Source: Felis catus
Taxonomy: Eukaryota
NCBI RefSeq assembly: GCF_018350175.1
Contig: NC_058383.1
Span: 992,001 to 1,056,000 of the forward strand
DNA length: 64,000 nucleotides
Reading direction: 5' to 3'
Positions 46,201-59,639 of the stretch are shown here, piece after piece. The notes below the pieces were generated by a model, which was not told the origin of the DNA, searched no databases, and worked only from the letters and a program-made list of their open reading frames with translations. Every line of letters starts with the position of its first letter. Positions within the stretch are counted from its first letter, which is position 1. Position numbers and translations under genes: made by a program.

Positions 46201-49200
46201 ACGGGTTCCTGCCAGAAGGAAGAAAAGCTTCAAGAAAACAGCGAAGTCGCCGCAAAGGGACACGGGGACCTAGCCGGACGGTTCTCACTGGGCGGATCCG
46301 GCGCACCGTGAGCACCAAGACGATTATAAACTACCGAAAGACAAGGACCCGTGCGTCCGCTGCGGTAACGGGCCCGCGTGCACGCGCTGTACGTAAGATG
46401 AACACGGGAGCGGGCGAGTGAGCGGAGGGCGCCCGCAGGCTGCCGACCGTCCCAGCGAAGCCGTGCCTTGTGAGAATCCGTAGGGCACCCGACGGGAGCA
46501 GGACATCTGGCCGCTTCCGTGTGGGGACAGGGGCACCGCGCAGCAGAGGGGGGACGGCCCTTGGCTGAGTGTCAACGAGGAGCCCGCGGGAGCAGGGGAG
46601 TCCGGACGCGGACTCTGAATGGGGCACAACGTCTCCGAGTCCTCAGCTGGCACCGTGACCTCGATGCGGTCAGGAGCAAACGAGATCCAAAACGGGATCA
46701 GGGCACCCATCCCAAATGTCAGGCCAGAGACAGAGGGGCACCCTTCGCGAGCGCCACGGGCACCTGCGAATGGGAACGGTGGAGACGCCTGGGGTCCCGG
46801 AAGCTGCCTTCTGCCGGGACCCGTCCTCGCACACCGCCTCGCCGCGGTGGGAAACGGGTTATCTGGCGTACCTTGCGGTACGCGGCAAGTTAGAAAGAGA
46901 GGAACAGAACTGTAGTAAAAAAGCCCAATTTAGGCGCCAGGGGACGCTGCCCAGGCCGGGCGTCAGTCTCCAGGGTGGACTCTCGGGCCGATGGCCATCT
47001 CTTCCGCCGCGTACCGTGCCGGGGCACCTTCACGGGGCGAGGGGCTCGGGTCCCTGGTCCCTAGCAAACGGGCTGTTCTCACCCACGTCTGCAACACGTA
47101 CGTCCTGTTTGTGACACCGAGGCTCGGAGTCGGGTGACGAGTCTGAGCGCCCAGGACCCCGCTCCCCTCCGCACCCCGCTCGACACCCGAGCCGGGAAGA
47201 GAGGCTGTGCTTCCTCACACGACGGATCGGCGGACCGCCTTTCCAGAGCCCATCACTGAGGCCCGGCCGCGGAGCCCGTGAGCACTCCGCCTCCCGGCTT
47301 TTGGCAGGGGTGGTGGCGAGGATGGGGGAGGTCAGTCAGCCCAGTGAACACCCCGAACTGGAAGGGAGGTAGGGAGGAGGGCGGGCGGTGTCATCGGTGA
47401 GACGCCCGCCAGGTCCCGGCCTCTCCCTGACTCCCGGTGCCCGACACCCCCCCCCCCACCCCCTCCCGGATGACCCACGGCCCACGCTGCCAGCAAGCCC
47501 TCTGGAGCCACGGGCCCAGCCTCTCCCTGACTCCCAGGTGAGGGGGGTGGCCCCGCCTGGGACGGCAGGACAGCGGCGGGGGCACCCGCCCAGGCCTCAC
47601 AGACACACACAACAGGGGCTTCCACCCCCACCCCCACCCCCCACCTCGGTGGCGGCACACGGGCTGGCCGTGGGCGACTTAATCTGGGTCTTGCCATTGT
47701 CCGAGGGGTGGGGGCTCTCATGTGGGAACAAGGGTTTTAAAAGCCAAAGGAACACAAAACAAAAGTGCAGCAGATCTGACTGTGATTCCAGGCCTTTCTC
47801 CCAGGGTGGAATCAATCCAAAACTTATCACAAGAAATCAGCTGTAGGGAGTCCTGGAAAGATGCCAGTTATTCTCAGAAAAGGCAACGTCCCCCAGTCAC
47901 TCCCAGGGGGCTGGTCCCGCCCAGTACGAACACCCACTGACAGGAGGTCCCTTGAAGGACAGCACAATGGCGGCCAGCACCTGGATACTTCCCCCTCCTC
48001 CTGCCCCTGCCCGGACGGCTACTACCCCTGGCCCCACTCCAGAAGGAGGGGGTCGTGTGAGACCCCACGGCCCCTACGACAGGGCTCTGCAGGCAGCACT
48101 TGCTATATGGAGGGAGGACTGAGGGCGGCTCTCAAGGCCTGAGCGTAGCCGAGCTGCCACCTGGGGCACAGGAGGGTCCTCGGCCCCCCCAGGAGACACA
48201 GCGAACTCTGGCGGCCGACAGGAAGGGGGGTCCACATCACTTGTGGGAGACACAGCCCCGTCCAGGACGCCCGTCTTCAGCAAACGAAGTAGCCTTTTCC
48301 TTTGTTGACTGAAAAATGTCAATCACCCCAAAAGGAAGAAAATCAGAGCAGGCCGCCGCAGAGTCCCGGCTCCCCTGAGGAGCGACAGGGCCGAAGGCTC
48401 TTGCCCTCGAGGTCACCGCACGGAACTGCCCCAGAGTGCCCGCCGCAAGTCCCCCGGGGCTCGAGAACCTGGTCCCAGGGCAACGCCCACACCAACCTGC
48501 CCCTGACAACGTGGACGTGGCTAGACCTGGCGACACACGTAGTGTCCTGTACCTTAAAAACACGGGAAACCTGAAGGTGCGGAGGACGCCCAGACCGGTT
48601 TCCGGAAGAAAGCAGGAAATGGGGGAGGGGGATGATGGCACACAAAAGTCACCAATGTCCTAAGGGCACCTGTCCTGCCCTCTGAGGGCACCCCCACGTC
48701 CTGCAGTGAGCCAAGGCCCCAAAAGGCTGTGCTAGTACTCCCCCCTGACACGCCGGTGCCCTGCGCCCCCACATCACCTTCACCCCACCCCTCCGAGTGC
48801 ACACACATGCGTGCGCGTGCACAGACGCACACACGCGCGAGCGCACACTATGCCGACAGCAGGTAGTGAACAGGCGCCCTGGGTACTGAGGAGCGCCACG
48901 CTCCCTGCCACAGGGGGACGGAGGGACCTGTCTGAGCCCGGGGCCCGGCGAGCCAGCCTCGGGCAGAGGCGGAGGTGGCGCGCGCCAGCGGCACCCCAGA
49001 CACCCCGCAGGAGCCAGGGAGGCTTCCGGGAGGACGCGGCCGTCCCAGGCATCAGAAACACCCGTTGAGGGTCTGTCAACAGCAGTGACAGCAGCAGCTA
49101 CGCAAATGTAACAACGAGAGACGCGCCAGACGCAGGAGCCGGCGCGGACTTCGCACCGGAACACCCAAGGCCGCTCCCGACACACCTGCTACCGCGTTTC

Positions 49201-49249
49201 AAGACACACACGTCACACGTGAAAATACGTGCAGGGCACATAAACCTAT

Positions 49250-50310
49250 AAAAAGAAACAGGAAGTGGAGTGAATCCTCCAAAAGCACAAACTGCCCCAC
49301 CAACAAGTCATAAGCAAGAGCTACTCTGAGTAGCACTGCAGCTTATTAAGGAAACCGAATCCACAGTTTAAAAGCCCCTGAAACGGAACTCTCCAGGCCC
49401 AGAGGGTTCCACTACAGAACTTTACCAACATTAAAAGAAGAGCTGACACGAAATACCCTGATTCAAAACCAGGCAAAGACTGTACAGAAAACCCTATAGA
49501 TCAGTGTTCCTCGTGAACCTAGATACACATGTCCTTGAGATATTGGCAACAGAATTCAGCACCATGTAAACATGACTATCTACCGTGACCACGGGGGAAG
49601 GGCTCATCCCAGGGATGCAAGGCTGCTTCGACATTCAAGCGTCAGTCGGGGTCATATACTGTATTCAACAGGCTAACAAGGAAAAAGCAAGTGATCGTAA
49701 CAGCTGGTGCAGAAAAAGCACCTGACGAAATCCAACATCCGTTCATGATAAAAACTGGAGAAAAGCAGGAATAGGGGACAGTTTCCTCAACTTGGTACCG
49801 AACATCTACTCAGTGTGGAAGACGGCAGAGGTAAGCTGGACCCACAGTTCCGGACCCGGGTGTGGCCTCCGTCTGAAATTACCAACCAACAGCGGCGCTC
49901 GGAACAGCCCCAAGGGAGGCCACGAGGCAGAGCAGGAAGGGTGAAGGCCCTGGGCCAGGACGTGGCCAGGCTCAGGCTACATTCCCAAGTCGCTGGGACT
50001 CGCGGATGGGCTGGGAGACAGAGCTGCACCAACAGACAAGCACAAGCATGGAGGGACGCACGCCGTGGGTTCCCCTGGTGAGGAGCCGGAGTCCAACTCG
50101 CAGAGACAGAGAGTAGACGATGGGCCAGGGGAGGGGTCTGTGTGTAACGGGGACAGAGTCTCAGTGTGGGGAGATGGAACGTTCTGGAGACGGACGGTGC
50201 GGACGGCTGCACAGCTGCGTGAACGTGCTCGGTAACCCCGAAGCGCGCACTGAAAAGTGGCTAAGCTGGTCAATTCTATGTTACGTGTATTTTACCACAA
50301 CAAGAAGGAA
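49250..50310 (+). mobile_element. LINE-1 ORF2 (reverse transcriptase region) relic plus 3' UTR fragment
   Basis: Degenerate L1 RT motifs: SPGP.G (tctccaggcccagagggt), IPGMQG.F.I (atcccagggatgcaaggctgcttcgacatt), AEKA.DEIQHPFMIK (gcagaaaaagcacctgacgaaatccaacatccgttcatgataaaa). L1MB-like 3' end at ~50090-50310. Confidence 0.85.
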
Positions 50311-50807
50311 TAAATACAAGCATCGTGCCCGAGCGGCCAGAGCAGGGGTGTTACCACTGGCCACCGGGAGAAGGCCGAGCGAACAGCTCTGGGAGAGTCT
50401 GAAACTCAAGCGGGACAGGAGGGTGAAGGGATCTGAGGCCCGCGAGGTCTGCGTGGGAGGCCCGTTCCAGAGCAGTGGCACCTGCGTCCAGGAGGCCAGC
50501 ACGGACAGAGTGCGGGCGGCGGACGGCCAAACGGCAGGCCCCGGGCCTTCCAGCACAGAGGGGCGAGTGCTTACCGAAAGGCCTCGAGTCTGGGTCCCTA
50601 CGGTCTTCGCCTTTTATTCTGAGTCTATTTTCCCTCTGAGTACAAAGTCATCAAAATATTAAAAGCCCACAGTGAGATGCTCATCACACGAAGAATATTA
50701 CTACAAGCCTGACAAGACTAAGCACTGCCGAAAAAGGGCTCATCGTGAGCTCTCACCCGCTGCTGTGCGAACGTCCGCGGGCCGCACTTTTGAGAAGACA
50801 ATGGGGC

Positions 50808-51315
50808 TGCAGCAGGCTGCTTCTAAAATGGTCCCCACGGTCCCCGCCTCCCAACATCCACACCCACGTGTGGGGGCAGGACCTCGTGACAAGCTTCTAA
50901 CAAAGAGAACATAACAAAAGCGAGGGGAAACCGCCTCCGAGACCGGCCGCAAAAGATGATGGCGCCCCCTCTCGTGCCCTCCCTTTCTCTCTCCCTGTGA
51001 CAGAGGCAGGTGCCATCCTGTGAGCTCCCCACGGAGAGGCCCCCACGGCAAGGTGCTAGGCCAACAGCCGGCAAGGAAGTGACGCCCTCAGTGCACCCGC
51101 CAGCGAGGACAAATCCTTCAACGGCTGCGGAGGGAGGCAGGATGCAGATTCCCGCCTCCCTTTGGGCCTTCGGGTGAGACCACACCCCACCTGTGGCCTG
51201 AGAGAGTCGAGTCTGAAGACCCACCTGAGCTCTGCCCAGACCCATGTCCACACACACCTAGTTATTTTAAGCCACTAAGTGTCGTAATTTGTTACACGAT
51301 AACAGACAATAACAT
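50808..51315 (+). mobile_element. MaLR (MLT1-type) solo LTR inserted among L1 fragments
   Basis: Starts gcagcaggctgcttctaaaatggtcccc and ends ttttaagccactaagt..gtaatttgttacacgataacagacaataac, like MLT1 termini. Confidence 0.65.
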
Positions 51316-51319
51316 AGAG

Positions 51320-51740
51320 GTTTATCTAGTAGAGATGAAGAGCCACGGATCCCAAGACCCTGCAACTCCACGAGTAGGTCCACGGCCCCCGAGAAACGTG
51401 TACACGCCCGGGACGGGACACAGGTGAAAGAATTCATCACAGTGTTGTCTACAACAACCAAAATTGGAATAATGAGTAAACCGTGGTACATCCACACACA
51501 GAGAAAAATGAACGGTCTAGAGCCATACGTTGCTGCACAGATAATGCATACAAATAAAGTTTGGCTGAAAAAGTAAAATACCAGAAACTCGCCTCATACG
51601 ACTGCACCCACACAAAGCTCGAATACGAGCAAAACCGAACTGTGTAACAGGCTGCACACCCGAGAAGCACAGCTCTGGAGAAAAGCAAGGAGGTGATGAC
51701 GGTAAGGGCCTACGGTGATGATTTCTGGAGCTGGGTGTGG
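51320..51740 (+). mobile_element. Old L1M 3' fragment
   Basis: cccaagaccctgcaactccac..gaattcatcacagtgttgt..ccaaaattggaa..gtaaaccgtggtacatccacaca is L1 ORF2-end/3' UTR-like text. Confidence 0.55.
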
Positions 51741-54700
51741 CTTCCGCTAAGCCTAGCACTTTTCCCCGGCAGGTTTTACAACAAGAAGGGAAGGGGGAGG
51801 AGGAACGGGAGGGAAGGAGGCCCACCAGAGCTCTGGCTGTCTGCAGGCGGAAATAAAATGCCCAGCTGCCCCGCTTCAAACCAGAGGCTCGAGCGAGAAC
51901 TTAGTACCAACGGTCCTCCCATTTCCCAGATTAACACGGTCCTCCTTCTTCAAGCAAAAGAGTCTCGCAAACCCCACCCCACGGTCCAGGCACCGGTTTT
52001 TAAAAGTCAAGACTAAGCTCACACCGGACGTGGATAACACAAATCACAGAACTAGAAACTTTAGTCGGGAGGAAAGACGTCTCCCCTAAAGGTCAGACCT
52101 GAGAAGGGAGAGGAGGTGTACGTGCGCGGGGGTGGACAGGGCGGAAGGGGCTGGGGGGAACCGGGAGGAGAGGGAGAAACACACCGCCTCCGTCTGCGCC
52201 CCGATATTACCGCTTCCCTGTATTTCCTGGCTCCCCGCCGGGGTCACCGGGCGCTGCCCCCACAATCCCCAGGACGTGCAAGGGTGCGGCCTGTCCTCCA
52301 CCAGCCACCCCATCAAGCTTACATCAGTTCGTCCCCCACAGACGCCTACGACGTTTCTGGCTTCGTGCTCACGGGCAGCCCCACAGGTGCACAGCTGAGC
52401 CCTGAAACCTCTTCGGTACAGTTGAGTCTGCCAGTAATGAACACAAACACTGAGAAAAAAGTTACGACTGTATTTGCCACAAATAATTTATCCCGAGGAA
52501 AGGACCTGCCTGCCGGAGAGAGCTCCATTCCCTTCTCCCTGGCCCGGAGGCTGGGGTGGCAGCGGGCCCGCTCCAGGACGGGCACCCTGAGCACGTCTGT
52601 CCCCAGACCCCGTGCACCCGCGGGGCTCCTGGGTCAAGGTAAGCCACATACTAGTCAAGCGAATGCCCTGCTCGGACATGGGGACTCCAGGTCTGCATTC
52701 TGAGAGTACAATTCCCCTTGCTTGTTTTTCTTGAAGAAAGTTCTGTTTTCTTTTTAAAACCAAAGTTCCGTGAGGTTGTGTGAACCCAGGGCAGTTCTCA
52801 TTTTCGGATCGCTTATTTGCACAAACTGCCAACGTGGGGGTTGAGGGTGTTTGTTTTGAGGAGGATGTGGGAGCCACAGGAAAGACAGAAAATACCACAG
52901 GTTTGAATTCCTTTCTCACAAAACACATACGACGGGCAAACTCGGTTTATGTGCTCGGGAACATCTCCACCCCGCGCCCCGAGTTACAAATTCACGACCC
53001 GTGTCAGACGGGCCGGCGGCAACCGTGCGTCCAGGGCCAGCGTCTGGGCCCAGCTGACGCCCGGGGGGCGCAGAGCTGCCTCGAGCCACCTGCTTTCCCC
53101 ACGGGGCCGGGACGGGCTGCAGCTCGGAGAACAGAGAACACGGGCCGCCCTCGAGCCTGGGGCACAGGAGGCGCAGCCCCAGGCTCTCTGGCCGGGAGCA
53201 CCGCTCAGCCGAGGTGGCACGGGACCCACACTCGCGCTTGGGAGTGGCCGCAAAGTGCCAGGGCGCTCTGGGACGACAGAGCCGCACGCACACACACGCA
53301 CCCTCACACAACTGGCGCGCACGCTCACTCATGTGCTCGGACGCACTGCCCGTGCATCACCCACGTCTTGGCTGACCTGGGTCCCCCAGGCCTGCCCTCT
53401 GGGAGCATTCCACCCAATCCACCAGGCGGTGAGACGCCTCCATCCTGAGAAGGGCGGCAGAGGCCACAGGCCGCTGGGAGAGGCACTCAAGGGGCCTCTC
53501 TGGTCCTCAGGAATGGCACTCTGCTAACCTTATTCAAAACGGCTTACGGTCACAGAGGGGCCACACGACCGAGTCTGTACTTCACAAGCGACCGCCAGTC
53601 GGCTGCTCAGGGCAATGACAACATCTCACTGGGCCAGGAGGAACACGTCACCCTCCGGGGAGACACCCCCCGTCTGCACCCCAACACACAAGGACAGAAA
53701 GCCAGCCGCCAGGTGCTACTGATACTCACTAGGATGACGTTTTCTCACACGAATGTGGCCGCCGTGGAATGCCTGCGGCCGAGAAAGCCGTCGTCACGTA
53801 ACTTTGTGTTCCCAAAGTTCAGCCATACCGTCAGACGCCAGCTCACGAGGCCCGACCTCCTGGTAGGAGATCAAGACGGAAGAGATCCCAACCCCATTTT
53901 CACACATTACTTGATTAAAAGAACAAGTCACAACGACACGTACTGAGTGCTGACCACCGCCCAGGGCCGCGCCACACGTCTCCCGTGCGCGGTCTCAGGT
54001 CCCCTGCCTGCCACGGGCCGGGTCTGCGGCCACCCCGACTTCTCAGATGTGATGCTGGAGCACAGAGGAGTCAGGTCAAGGGGAAGGGAAGTGGGAGGCT
54101 TCTGCGGGTTCTGATGCCGCAGCCAGACTCTACTTACCGGGTTTTATAGTGACAATGTGAACAGAACGCTAAGTCACCAAACTGCGCTCAGCAAACGCAG
54201 AGGTTTGCTCAAATCCGCTTCTGGGCCACCTAGGCAAACATCAACCCCACGCATCCCAAAGGGATGCGTGTGACCACAGTGTCACTCGTTCCAACGAGCA
54301 CAGGAGCAACGGCCACTTCTTAAGCACTTACCCGTGGCAGGAACCGCGTCAGCCATTCCATCTGTTACCTCACGCACCCTTGTGGCTGCCTGTGCGCTAC
54401 CCGCGCGCGATCCCCATTGGACGTACATCAGGGAGAAGCCGGGTGCCAAGGTCACGCCGCGTGCCGCTGCCCTGCCGAAACCCAGGTCACCCAACAAGCC
54501 CGCGGCACTAAGCGCTGCCCGCAGGCCTCCCCTCGGAACTTGACGACGAGGCGGTCCCGCCCGTCGCAGACTCCCCCAGCGCCCACGTTTCCCTTCCTGC
54601 CGCTGGGAACACAGCCCCCGGTTTTGACCGGGTTCCCGGCTGCCCAGGCGGGGGTGACGGTCAACGCCTCGCCCGCAGCCAGACGGGCCGATGACCCGGG

Positions 54701-55269
54701 TGGGGCCAGCAGGGCGTGAGCGGAAGGCACGCAGCATCCCAGCCACCTCTGTGAAGATGAAGCCACTGACCCGTGCTCCGACTGTCCCCTGCCCCGGAAC
54801 TAAAACACTGGTGCAGAGCGAGCCACCGCTGACCCCACAGCAGGGACGGCACCCCAGGGGGAGGCAGAGCAGTAAGGCGAAGGGGGCCTGGGTTCCTGGC
54901 TACTCACCCCCCGGCCTGTGGAATAAACTTCTAGTCTACTTAAGGTACCGGACCTCGGGCGCTCTGTGCTTCGGGCGTTGGCCTATACCCTGATACAGAT
55001 GTGTAAACCTCAGACTTCCTTAGATCCTACTTTTTGGTTCCTTTCCAACACAGTCGCCGAGCCCATCTTGCACGCTGAGCCCCGTGCCCCGCCTGCGGTA
55101 TTCCCGGTGGCGGGCCCTGGACAGTCGTCCCAGCCTGACGTCCAGCAGCCACACGCTTCCGACCTGCGCCGAACCACGACCTGGTACCCAGGCCAGGGGG
55201 CTTCGGGTGGCGGCTGTGTGGAGTCCAAGCGAACGTGTGGGGCCCCGGGGCCAACAGAGGCTTGGGGGA

Positions 55270-55830
55270 GGTAAGGACGGCATCGTCCAGACCAACCTGA
55301 TGGGTCGGTGAGAGCCAAGACTTCAACCTCCACTTTCATTCTCAACCTTGAAAGATACGACCTATGAGCACAAAGTGAGCTACTCAGCACCCGGGGAGTC
55401 CGACACCCGCACCTGCTTCCCTGGCCTGTTTGGGCAGACTGCCGTTCGGTCTCCTCCAGGTTTGCAAACGCATATTCCCGACAGGGGACCGTGCGGCCTG
55501 GCCGGAAGAAGGCCATCGTATGCCACGAAAACTCACCAAGAGAACGGCAAGTTTCACTAGGCACTGTTACACTGTTTACGCTCCTCGCAGCAGGAGACGT
55601 GAGCTCTGTGCCTGGGAAAACCATCTTCAAAGCGGCGACTGTTTTCCCAGCTGTGAATACTCCATCCTGGGAAATGTTTTCATACCATTACAAAAATAAT
55701 TTTGAAAAGATTGAACAAATATTCAGGCTCATCTGCCCATTCCGGTATTTCAGACCCGAAATGGGAGAGCTTTCTTGCGCACGTTGTCTGATTAGCCAGC
55801 GATTAATATTCCTTATAAACGTTAGCGAAT
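55270..55830 (+). pseudogene. Decayed ZPBP/Sp38-like module G
   Basis: DTTYEHKVSY, CYTVYAPR (55565) and FEKIEQIFRLICPFRYFRPEMGELSCARC (55701-55787, CPxxxFxPxxGxxxCxxC pattern). Confidence 0.45.
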
Positions 55831-58800
55831 GTTATAATGAAATAAGCTTCCTTAAATAAATGTGGTGTCCACTCGACTGAAAACAACAAATTTGGTGGCT
55901 TCCTCTGAACAGCCAGGAAGTGGCGATAATTCCAGCAGGAGGAGGGCAAGGCAGGAAGCATGTTGTTTTATTACTACGCGTGACCTTGCAGAAGAGTGGT
56001 TCTGGTGAAGGAAGCGGCCCGGCGGCCCTGGGCAAAACCACCTGGGAAGGCGCGCACACACGTCACCAGTCGGCTCCTGGCACCTCCGGGGCAGAATTTC
56101 CCAATAGCTTTAAAACACCCACGCGCGCCAGGGCCAAGAGCTCTCGAGACCACAGGACACCCCCTCTAAGGCGAAGAGGGAAGAAAAACAAAAAAACAAG
56201 CCACCGAAGCAGAGACTCACTCGGGAGGCCAGGTTCCGGGCGGGCTCTGCTTTCCGAGGCAGGAGGGGGGAGCGTCTGGGCTGGGGCTCCCAGGGCTGTG
56301 GTGGAACAGGGGGTGACGACGCCGGGCATGAAGGAGAGCAGGGGATGGGGTGGAGCCACCCAAACCCGGGGACGGGGTTGGCGGGGGGGGGCGATGGAGC
56401 ACAGTTCAGTCTCCAAAATGGCAGTGACAGTCGGATCCCGGCTCGGTTCACAGACTCGCGTGATGAAGTGAAGTGTGCCCGCCTGCCTGAAAGCTAAGCA
56501 CGTCTGGAAAAATACAGATGTGCTCAGGCACCAGACATTTCTCTCGGCTTTTCCACGTCTTCTGCATTCCTCACCATGGCTGTGCTCTACATGCCTGGCG
56601 TGGGGTGGGGGCTCTGTCTTCAAACACGAAGAACGCTCCTGGAGGCGTAAATCGAGCGACACACGAAGAGCTCACGTGCGAGAGACGCATGCCCAGACCG
56701 GCATCTCCGGAATGGAAAGGACACGCAAAACGGAACGCGCCGACGTCAGCAGCCGGAGGGGGCCTCCTCCGTTAACTTTCTTTTTTCATTGTTTGCAGGC
56801 CACTTTAGTCAACAGGCGAAGCATTTCCAGGGCACACGGCATGCGCGACTTATCCGAAAGCAGCTCTTTTCTCGTCTGTCGGTGTTCTCGGACGCCGGTC
56901 GGCACGACCACCTTGTGCCGGGCCGGCGAAGGTCCGCAGGCCCCCCGGCACGATGCGTGGTCACACGGCGCACACAGCAGGCCGCTCACGCACAGATGCG
57001 GGCGCCCCCGAATCGCTCTCGGCAAAGACAGGCGAGCAGGTTCCTCCCCCGCCTCCCAGGTGTGCCTGGGCGCCGCGGACAATCCAGGCCACGACCAGGA
57101 CGAAGGCCCGAGAAAGGAGCCAGGTCAAGAAACGTGTGCGCCCGGCAGTCCGCTAGGCGGTGTCCCCGGTGGGGGACCCCAGGCTGCGCGGCAGCGTCTC
57201 GAGGGAAAAAGTTACCAAGATTTGACTCATTTTCCATCTTTCTCCCCGGCCAAGCTCTCCCCTGAAAGAACGCTGCTGGTTCACGATCTGTAGACACCGG
57301 AAAACTCCCAGAAACCACTCTTGCCATCCGACGTCACTCCCGGTGAAGCACACCTCCCACGTCAGCTTCAGGCCACGACCTCGGGCCTCCCATTTGCCAG
57401 GATTCGGGGTGACAGCCTGGGAAGCGGCCGTCTGGGCCCCGGACCCCGCTCCCTCCCGCCAGCCAGCCCCGCCCTGCCTGTCGCCCCCCCCCCCCCCCAG
57501 GCTGCCTTGCTGGGCACCAGCGGGAGTTAGGGACCAGACGCGCCCCTGCAACACACACGCCAGGTCACCTTCAAACCCTGCCCTTGGCCACCGTCCCTCC
57601 CCTCCCTCCGCACTCCAGAGGAGTAGCGCCACAGGGCCCCCGCCGGGCCCCCGCCGCCCTGCACTCTGCACACCCGGTCAGGTGCTCACCTCTCTCGGCC
57701 CGCTCGGCCCCCTGGGCCCGCTGTTGGGCTCCACGCCGACGCCTCTGCCTTTGCTGTCTCGGTCAGATTCCGCTTCAGCTTCCCGTTTGTTCCCAGGCTG
57801 GGGGAGACGGGACAGAATCCTGACTCTCCCTCCCTTCATCCCCCCAAAACCGCAAACCCATTTAGCCTCGCCCAGGTGCCCTGCCTCGTGTTTCTTGTGA
57901 ATTCCGTCCCCCGTCCTGCCGGCGGACTGTCACCACGGTTCCCTCCTCCCGTGGTCCCGTGGACCGGGCTGTTCCGCCGTGGAAGTCTTCAGGAGGGCCG
58001 TTCTCCGTGGGACGCCCCGGGGGCCGGTTCTGCACTGATCTCTGCCGGAGGTCCAAACAGGTCTCCCGGTGAACTTCTTGGCTGGGGGCTCCCAGGTCGC
58101 GGGTCACTGAAATTTTGGGTCTGGCCCCCACGCACGCCGTGGGTTTGGGATTCTGATTCTCCATCATGGGCTCTTTCTTCGTCCACCCTGCCTGCCTGCT
58201 CTATCTGCCCAATGGGTAGGATTTTCCAATTTATGGCTCTTGGCTTCGGGGCCGGAGTCCGGCTCCACCACCTGCCCGTGAGGGGGCGGGCCACCTCGCG
58301 TGGCCGTGCCACTGTTAGAACACGAGCCCGGTTCCGATGACTCTGGGCCCGCCGGCTCCAGTTTCGCTCACCAGTCTGGCCTCGAGCTTCTGTATCTCTC
58401 ACTCGTGGCTCGCTTTCAGCTACGCCATACGGTTCTGCTGTCACGCTTCTTCCACACGCTCACGCGCCTGAAGCGGGACAGGGTGTTTCTCACGTCAGCC
58501 AGTCCACCAGACTGGCAAGGGCTCTACGCACGTGCGTGACCTAAAATTTCACGACAGGCTGACGACCTGACAGGCTCCAGGTCACCTATGGCACAGAGCC
58601 CTTTTCTGGTGACTCCCACACGGCTACCGAGCCAAGCTCACTCTCCTAGGGGTCACAGCCCCCATGCCACCTGACCCCCAGGTCACCATGCAGCCTACGG
58701 CCTCCCTGGAGCACAGTGAGTTCTCGGGCATGACAACTGGCAGTAGTTAACTAACGTGCCACGGTTGTTCTGGGGGCAGTGTCAGAGCCTGGACCAGGGC

Positions 58801-59639
58801 TGAGGGCCACGGCCTTTCCCCCAACGAGGCCCTAACTTGGCTCTGGCCTCTGGGCTCCCATCTGTAGCGACGTCTCAGGGTCCGGCACTTAACCGGGTGC
58901 ACAGCCAGCAAAGACTCCCTTCTGTCCACCAGGCAACCTCTTCCCTCCTCACCTTCGTCTGAGGGGACCCGAACCACATGCACCCACTCCCCACAGAGAA
59001 TGACTCAGGCCCCAGCACCGCACGGTGCGGGAGCCACACCCAAGCCCATCCCGCAGGGCTGAGGGACTGTAGGCGGGCAACAACACAGTGCGGCCCAGCC
59101 AGGGCCAGAGGGCTGCCAGGCGCTCCTAGACAACAGGAGACAGGCTCAGTGGGGCCAAGTACTTGGTCGGTGGGGGGACTTCACCCACGGGGGCACGTGC
59201 TGATAACCCCCAGGCAACCACTCTCAGCTTCCCTGGGATCTGCCTTTGGAGACACTAGACGTAGAAGGACCCACATCACCAGTGAAAGCTAAACCCGGCC
59301 GTCAAAACCCAGGGCCACCCCCAGCCAAGGGGGCAGAGCCGGTCCAAGTATGGCAGAGGCTGAGAAGCCAGACCTCGAACGGGAGGCCCCTGGCGATGCC
59401 TCGCTGCTCGACCCTCGTCTTTCTCTAACGGCTAGAGAAACGGAACCCCGAGGGGGCATGGGACAAGACGGGGTGTGGGGAGGCAGCAAGGCCTTCGCCA
59501 GGGAGGCCGGTGCAGGGCCCAGAAGCGGCAGGAAGCTCCTGCAGGCTGGGAGAGGCAGAGGGCTGTCTGCTTAGGGCAAAAGCCAAAAACAAGAGTAACG
59601 TGACTGGAAAACTACCTGACACGTAAAAGAAAGATGAAA

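Noticed and set aside
52700..52780. Lys-rich minus-strand stretch as a possible C7orf50/CHLSN coding exon
   Set aside because: Translation (KRKQNFLQEKQARG) does not match the recalled MAKQKRKVPEVTEKKNKKLKK N-terminus.
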